From Eledone cirrhosa (lineage: Eukaryota): DNA of 64,000 nucleotides. The position numbers were made by a program, and so were the translations under genes. This document shows positions 57,640 to 64,000 of the stretch, piece after piece (within the stretch, counting starts at the first letter, position 1; each line of letters begins with the position of its first letter). The notes under the pieces were generated by a model. That model had not been told where the DNA came from. It saw nothing but the letters and a program-made list of their open reading frames with translations, and made no database searches. The stretch is from contig OZ024745.1 in assembly GCA_964016885.1 (NCBI GenBank), positions 24,056,001 to 24,120,000 on the forward strand, in the 5' to 3' direction.

Positions 57640-57917
57640 ATATATTGATGTGATAATGTGTGTTTGCGAGTATTTGTTTGTGTATGTCATTATATGGAAA
57701 TGTGTATATATATATATTGATGTGATAATGTGTGTTTGCGAGTATCTGTTTGTGTATGTCATTATATGGAAATGTGTATATATATATTGATGTGATAATG
57801 TGTGTTTGCGAGTATCTGTGTGTGTATGTCATTATATGGAAATGTGTATATATATATTGATGTGATAATGTGTGTTTGCGAGTGCCTGCGTGTGTATGTC
57901 ATTATATGGAAATGTGT
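57640..57917. repeat. ~70 bp minisatellite, four copies
   Basis: ttgatgtgataatgtgtgtttgcgagt...gtcattatatggaaatgtgt. Confidence 0.9.
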
Positions 57918-58361
57918 GAATGTATTTATGTATTAATGTGTGTATGTGTATATTGGAGAAGTTCGAGAGAAGTAAAGAAATAATGATAAATTGTTAAATA
58001 TTTCGCTCGTTGTCTGCAATAAAACAAAAAGAAATTTTTAAAAATTCAATAAAATACGGTAAAATAATACCAAAATCTCCAGAAACTAAATCAAGGTAAA
58101 AAAACAAAAAAAAAACAAACATAAAAAAACAAAACATTTTTTCTCTAAACAGGCCATTAGACGTAGACAGTGTTGAATTAATTCTAAGAATTCTCCTCTC
58201 TCACACTTCTACACCATTATCATAGATATACAGTGTCACAAGCACGAATGTCTTGCTTCCTCGTTGCAGTGAACTTTGCCGCATGTCTCAAGCATCACCA
58301 ACAATATTATTTTATTTCAAGCTTACTCAGCAATTTCACATGAATTCGTGTGTATGTGTGG

Positions 58362-58540
<179 letters not shown>

Positions 58541-58615
58541 CAACTTACCAAACTATGAGTTAATTATTCTACTCTCTTTCTATCGATCTTTCTATCTATC
58601 CACCTCTGTCTCTCA

Positions 58616-58680
<65 letters not shown>

Positions 58681-59138
58681 TATATATACATATATATATA
58701 TATATACATGTGTGTGTGTGTGTGTAGTAAATATTCAATCCGTTAGAAAATTACGGAGCTGTGTACAGATCACGATATATAGGGAAAATAATAGAGATTT
58801 TGAGGATGCATCTAAAGATTTTTTAATATGTATATATGCAATTAACAATACACAACGAAAATAAATTAGTTAATACAAACTAAATTAAAGATTCTTTTTA
58901 AACCATAGGTGGGCTTTTAGTTATCAGTCAGGATCATCTAATTAGTTTTTGTACTATCCAGTTTCACTATAAATAGATTGTCAAAGTTTCATTTTAATCT
59001 TGGTTGATATATTTCACATGTCATCTTGTATTTTCTGCAACTTTTCTTCAGTTGCGAGATGCTATACACACACGCGCACACACAAACACGAACGCACAAA
59101 CACAAACACACACATACCCCCCCAACCACCACCACCAC

Positions 59139-59203
<65 letters not shown>

Positions 59204-59639
59204 GCTGAGTAATATAGGAACTAGCAATTACGATTTCTACTGTCTGATGACATCCGTCATTGCATACCAATAATTATATCAGATTGGCTGAGAGGGCTAA
59301 TGTATGGTTTTGACTAATGTATCCGAAGGAACTCTAGCTCATGAATTTACCAAGAACTAGCCAACTTAGCTTTGTCTGAATATCTGTATAGCTCACTGGA
59401 AATCAATTTTGAAACATATCGATAAGTTGAACTGTCCAACCATTCCCTATATAACATTGACATAAAAGTAATTTATGTCAACACTACAAGCTATAGGAAT
59501 TAATTCTAACAGGGAGAATACCAATATTTGCAAAAATATCATTTCCAAAGAAAGTAACATTTTCTTGGGCTGAACAAGAAAGGTTCTATGTTGGTTAAAT
59601 AGATAAACCATTAGCAGAGAAGAAGAAAAGTTTATAATA

Positions 59640-60530
59640 GCTTTCATAGGCATTGTGAATAAAATTAAATATTCCTACGAAAACTTGCCTCGTGCAGCTG
59701 CTGTAGAATTATGACTGGATATTATAACATCTAGGTTCACCCAGACTAATATAAATTTGGATTTTACGAAAGCTACCGACATATTTAAACATTAGATAAT
59801 ATTCTAGAAACTACGATAACTGGAAAACTCAGTATGAGTGTGTGAAGTTTTAAGGGACAGATGCCAATTATTTATAAACAACCATACTGTTTCAAAAGGC
59901 GGCAAACTGACAGAGTCAATAGAACGTCAGATAGAATGTTTTTCAGTATTTGGTCCAGCTCTCTGCTCTCTGAGATCAAATCCCACCGAGGTCAACTTTG
60001 CCTTTCATCCATTTAAGGTCGATAAAATGTGCCAGTCTATTATTGGAATCGATTTTTCTCAATCCTCTCTGGGAGAAATCTGCTGTATTCAGACATGGAG
60101 AAGAGATGGGCTCTGTCAGGTTTTAAAATGCCCTAGAAACACCGTATGTCAATACGACACCTCTACGACTACCCCAGCAGTTACGGTTCCATGCATACAT
60201 ACATTTTCAAAATAATCAACAGCTTCAGAGCAGAGTGGCTCAGAGTACTGTCGTGGGTAAATAAATTTTGAATCCTCTACCTCCACCTCCATTTATACCA
60301 TCGATTATCATAAATTTCATTCTTATTAGTTACGCTGATTATTTGAACATATGAAAGGTGATCCAAAATCCTGATGGGGCTAGACATTTCTAGAAACTCC
60401 ATAATGAAATATACAAGTGGGCTGATGAAATCAACTTGTAGTTCGATGCTGGAAGATTTCAGTCGCTTTACTATCATCTCACCAACACATTGCAGTCTGG
60501 ATACATAAGACCAGGAGTGATTGCGATCTC
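59640..60530 (+). pseudogene. Decayed CR1/L2-type LINE RT interrupted by a SINE composite (59897-~60230)
   Basis: CLVQLL*NYDWI, INLDFTKATD, then SYADY..IYKWADEINL*FDAGRFQSLYY. Confidence 0.65.
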
Positions 60531-60804
60531 TTAGGTAGAATCTCTTCTCGGGAACATTTTGAACAAGTAACGTGGTCGTGATTCTTCTGTGGAAGACATT
60601 TATTTTCTACCTTCTAGATTATCGATCTGTGATATATAAATATCATATTATTCAGCTCAGCAGAATCAACCAATTCCTCCTTCTGAGTTTAAACGAGAAA
60701 CACAAGGAAATTGGGGTCTAAAACATTACAGCTCATCAATATTTCTCGCAAAACATATTTGAAAGGAGCCAATATTGAGACCCTCAAACAACAGTTAGAC
60801 ATCT

Positions 60805-60841
<37 letters not shown>

Positions 60842-60935
60842 ACACACACACACATACACGCATACACACACACGCTCACACACATACACACATACACGCA
60901 TACACACATACACGCGCGAGCGCGCACGCGCACAC

Positions 60936-60975
<40 letters not shown>

Positions 60976-61789
60976 ACACATTTAAATGAATAGGCTAAGA
61001 TGTTGTATATTGAATAACTTATGCAGACAAACTTTCAGTTAATTTTGATTTTAGTTGGAAAAGAAAAGGAAAGCCTAGCAGTGATTGTTGACTCTAAAAG
61101 AAAAGAGGTGGTAATTTTAAGAAATTTAGAATTGAAGCTATTATCTTTGTTTACATGCAAGGGAACCACTTCGGACAAGTTTCTGTCGAATTGAAAATCA
61201 AATGCAGTGTCGTCTGCTCAAGCTTTCTTTCACCAACTGACATGTTTTTACATCTAGAAAACAGACTAACAAAGTAGTATGCATAATTTAAAAAAATAGA
61301 ATGAGCTAAGGGAAATAACTAAAGTGGCGGCAATTTAGATACTTATGTTAAGGTGTGATGTAGGAAATAGCTTACGCCGAAATTCTGAATAAATTGAAAT
61401 TTGCTTTTTATTTGGAGAAAGAAAACTCGTTAATGGTAATTATTAATGACACCCAAAGAAAAACAGAAATAGCAATAGACCTCATAAGTATAACATAGTC
61501 TACTCAAACCTTCTTTGGCCAATCGACAAAAGTTTGGGGAGTTTTATCTGGTATTGATTTGTATAATTACAAAAATGAATGTGACACCAAAAGCTGTCAT
61601 ATAATTTATTTACGAAGCCCTTAACTCCCAAGGGAACCGTGGGGGTGCTCTTCTTACTTACAATGTTTCTTGCATGAGACATTTCTGTATTTAGGCTTCA
61701 CCACAACCAATTTCTTCCACTGTTAGAGGAAAGAGCAAAAGCGAAAGAGGGGAGAGATTGACCCCAATACATCACTGGTACTTTATTTC

Positions 61790-62004
61790 CGAGGGTTGGC
61801 TGAACATTTCATAGACTGAGTATAAAAGATTGATGCTAGAGCAGTGAAATCTTACATGCATTAATTTCAACTCTTCTTATTAATAACTACATTGTTTCTT
61901 GCGAGGGATAATATTGAAAAATAAGCCTCATTTAGTCATTCCATGAGAGTATCTTGGTCAGCCTATGAATCTTTCAGACTATGAAGATTTCAGCCGATCT
62001 TTGT
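61790..62004. mobile_element. Tc1/mariner-type MITE
   Basis: Homologous to 13368-13567. Confidence 0.75.
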
Positions 62005-62647
62005 ATGAATAACAAAGGAGTGAAAAACCAAAGCTCATCTCTGTTGAAACACAGAGAATGAGAACGGATAAAGTCAACCATTTGAAGTAACACCATAACG
62101 TCTCTGCTGATTTGGCCGCCAATAGAAATCATAGAAATCAAGTAAATATAGAAATAGTTATATACACAAGATAGAGATAGTCATATACACAAGTGTGGAA
62201 GCATGTAGCCTCGTGGTAAACGTGTTGGACTTACGATTATAATGTTATGGGTTTAATATATAAACCGGTAGGTTGAAGAAGAGAGCAAAAGGAAGAAAGG
62301 AGCACTTGCACAACACGCTCCTGAAGTTGAGGGTTGTTCTATCGACGGGGTATTAAACAATCCATTTGTAACGCCCCCCCCCCCCCCCCTGAGGATTTCG
62401 ATTGTTATATTTTCATGTTAAAACCTTTTTTACACGATTGTATGTATTAATAAAATCCCCGCCATATCTCTTTGTATTGTCCCCTTTTCTTGTGTGCCCT
62501 TGTGACAAATAAATCTATATATAATGTGTGTGTGCGTGCGTACGTGTGTGTATATGGGTGTATGTGTTTGCATTTATATATGTGTACATGTGTGTATGAG
62601 AGTTGATGTACTCCTATCTACCTATCTACCTATGTATATATATATAC

Positions 62648-62713
<66 letters not shown>

Positions 62714-63271
62714 TATATATATTATATATGTGTGTTTGCGTTTATGTATGTGTACATATGTGTATGAGAGTTAATATACTCGTACATTCCTATATTTAAA
62801 TCCCACCCCACCACGTTTTAACAATCCACATTCCTTTTCAATAACCCCACTCCACACTACAAAATTTAATTTATAGTTCTGTGTAGAATACAGCTAATCT
62901 TTATTAAAGAAATATTGTCTTATCTAAGTACTATTGTCTCCAATCGTTCTTCCATAATCTTAATCATCTCACAAATTCTCCAGTCCATTTCTCTGTCACA
63001 ATTCTCCATCATATTTATGATTCTACTATATATTTATCTTACTTACGTCTCAGTTCTTACTCCTAAACTATCAACTCGTCCTAACTCCACAACCTCTAAT
63101 ACCACCATTAGTTATTCATTACATGATTCTTTTTAATATTAATTTTTAATATATATTTTTACTATTATCTTGATTATCACCACAATTGTATCTACTGGCA
63201 TTCCGTCGGTTACGACAAGGAATGTTTCAGTTGGAATCAATGGAACAACCAACTTAACGTGCAAGTCATTG

Positions 63272-63395
<124 letters not shown>

Positions 63396-63639
63396 TAACA
63401 GATTAAAGTTTAAGCAAAGAGTCGTTGCTTTCACCCTTATTATTATTACTATATATATATAAGCAACATGCGTTTGGTCACCTTATTCTTGGTGTCACAA
63501 TTCTTTAACGTTTTGCGTTCGATCTGGGTGGAAATGTATCAATTACTCACTCATTGAGGGCTTCATAGCTGCCTCTCATAATTCGATAAACATCTACTAT
63601 CGTGCATCAGCAACTTCGGTTATACTCATTATTATTAAT

Positions 63640-63868
63640 ATAAATAAAGTACCAGCCGTGCACTGGGGTAGATTTAATCGACTTTCCTCTCCCCCAGAAT
63701 TGCTGGCCTTGTGCCTATATAAGAAATCATTATTAATATATATATACAGTCTGAGTTCAAATCCCGCCGAGGTTAACTTTGCCTTTAATCCTTACAGGGT
63801 CGATAAAATAAAGTACCAGTAATGTACTGGGTAATTGCTGGCCTTGTGCCTAAAGTAGAAACAATTAT
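63640..63868 (+). mobile_element. Two truncated Meta/MESC-type SINE pieces
   Basis: 3' half at 63640-63730 and B-box-to-tail at 63750-63868. Confidence 0.85.
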
Positions 63869-64000
63869 TAATATATATATATATTAATAATTGTTTCTCT
63901 CTATATATATAAACGACCTGCTACACATAAAAATCAAACGGTAGCTATCATCAGTCACGTGATAAATTGAAAAATATTAACTTGAAGAAACGATTACTAA

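Overview
Eukaryotic, AT-rich, microsatellite-saturated non-coding DNA. The repeat content (tRNA-head SINEs with a Meta/MESC-type body, RTE, Dong/R4 and Tx1 LINE ends, Helitrons) suggests a cephalopod (octopus-like) intergenic or intronic region; this assignment is an inference. No intact host gene was found, and nearly all ORF-track entries are microsatellite artefacts. The main signal is a set of type I hammerhead ribozymes (HHRs). Six have an intact CUGANGA/GAAA core (1082-1163 -, 17277-17353 -, 18143-18200 -, 18318-18368 -, 50894-50972 +, 53456-53521 +), and there are several variant or decayed copies. They sit in 0.2-0.7 kb non-coding elements of unrelated families, mostly embedded in (TA)n. 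Several elements are one unit plus a short terminal direct repeat, with the ribozyme in the middle. This is the layout expected of retrozyme-like elements copied from circular or multimeric RNA, probably by Penelope-like elements, whose GIY-YIG remnants are in the window. A second recurring pattern is fold-back inverted duplication centred on (TA)n, including an ~880 bp spacerless palindrome that abuts a 5'-truncated RTE LINE. All structures were read and folded by eye.
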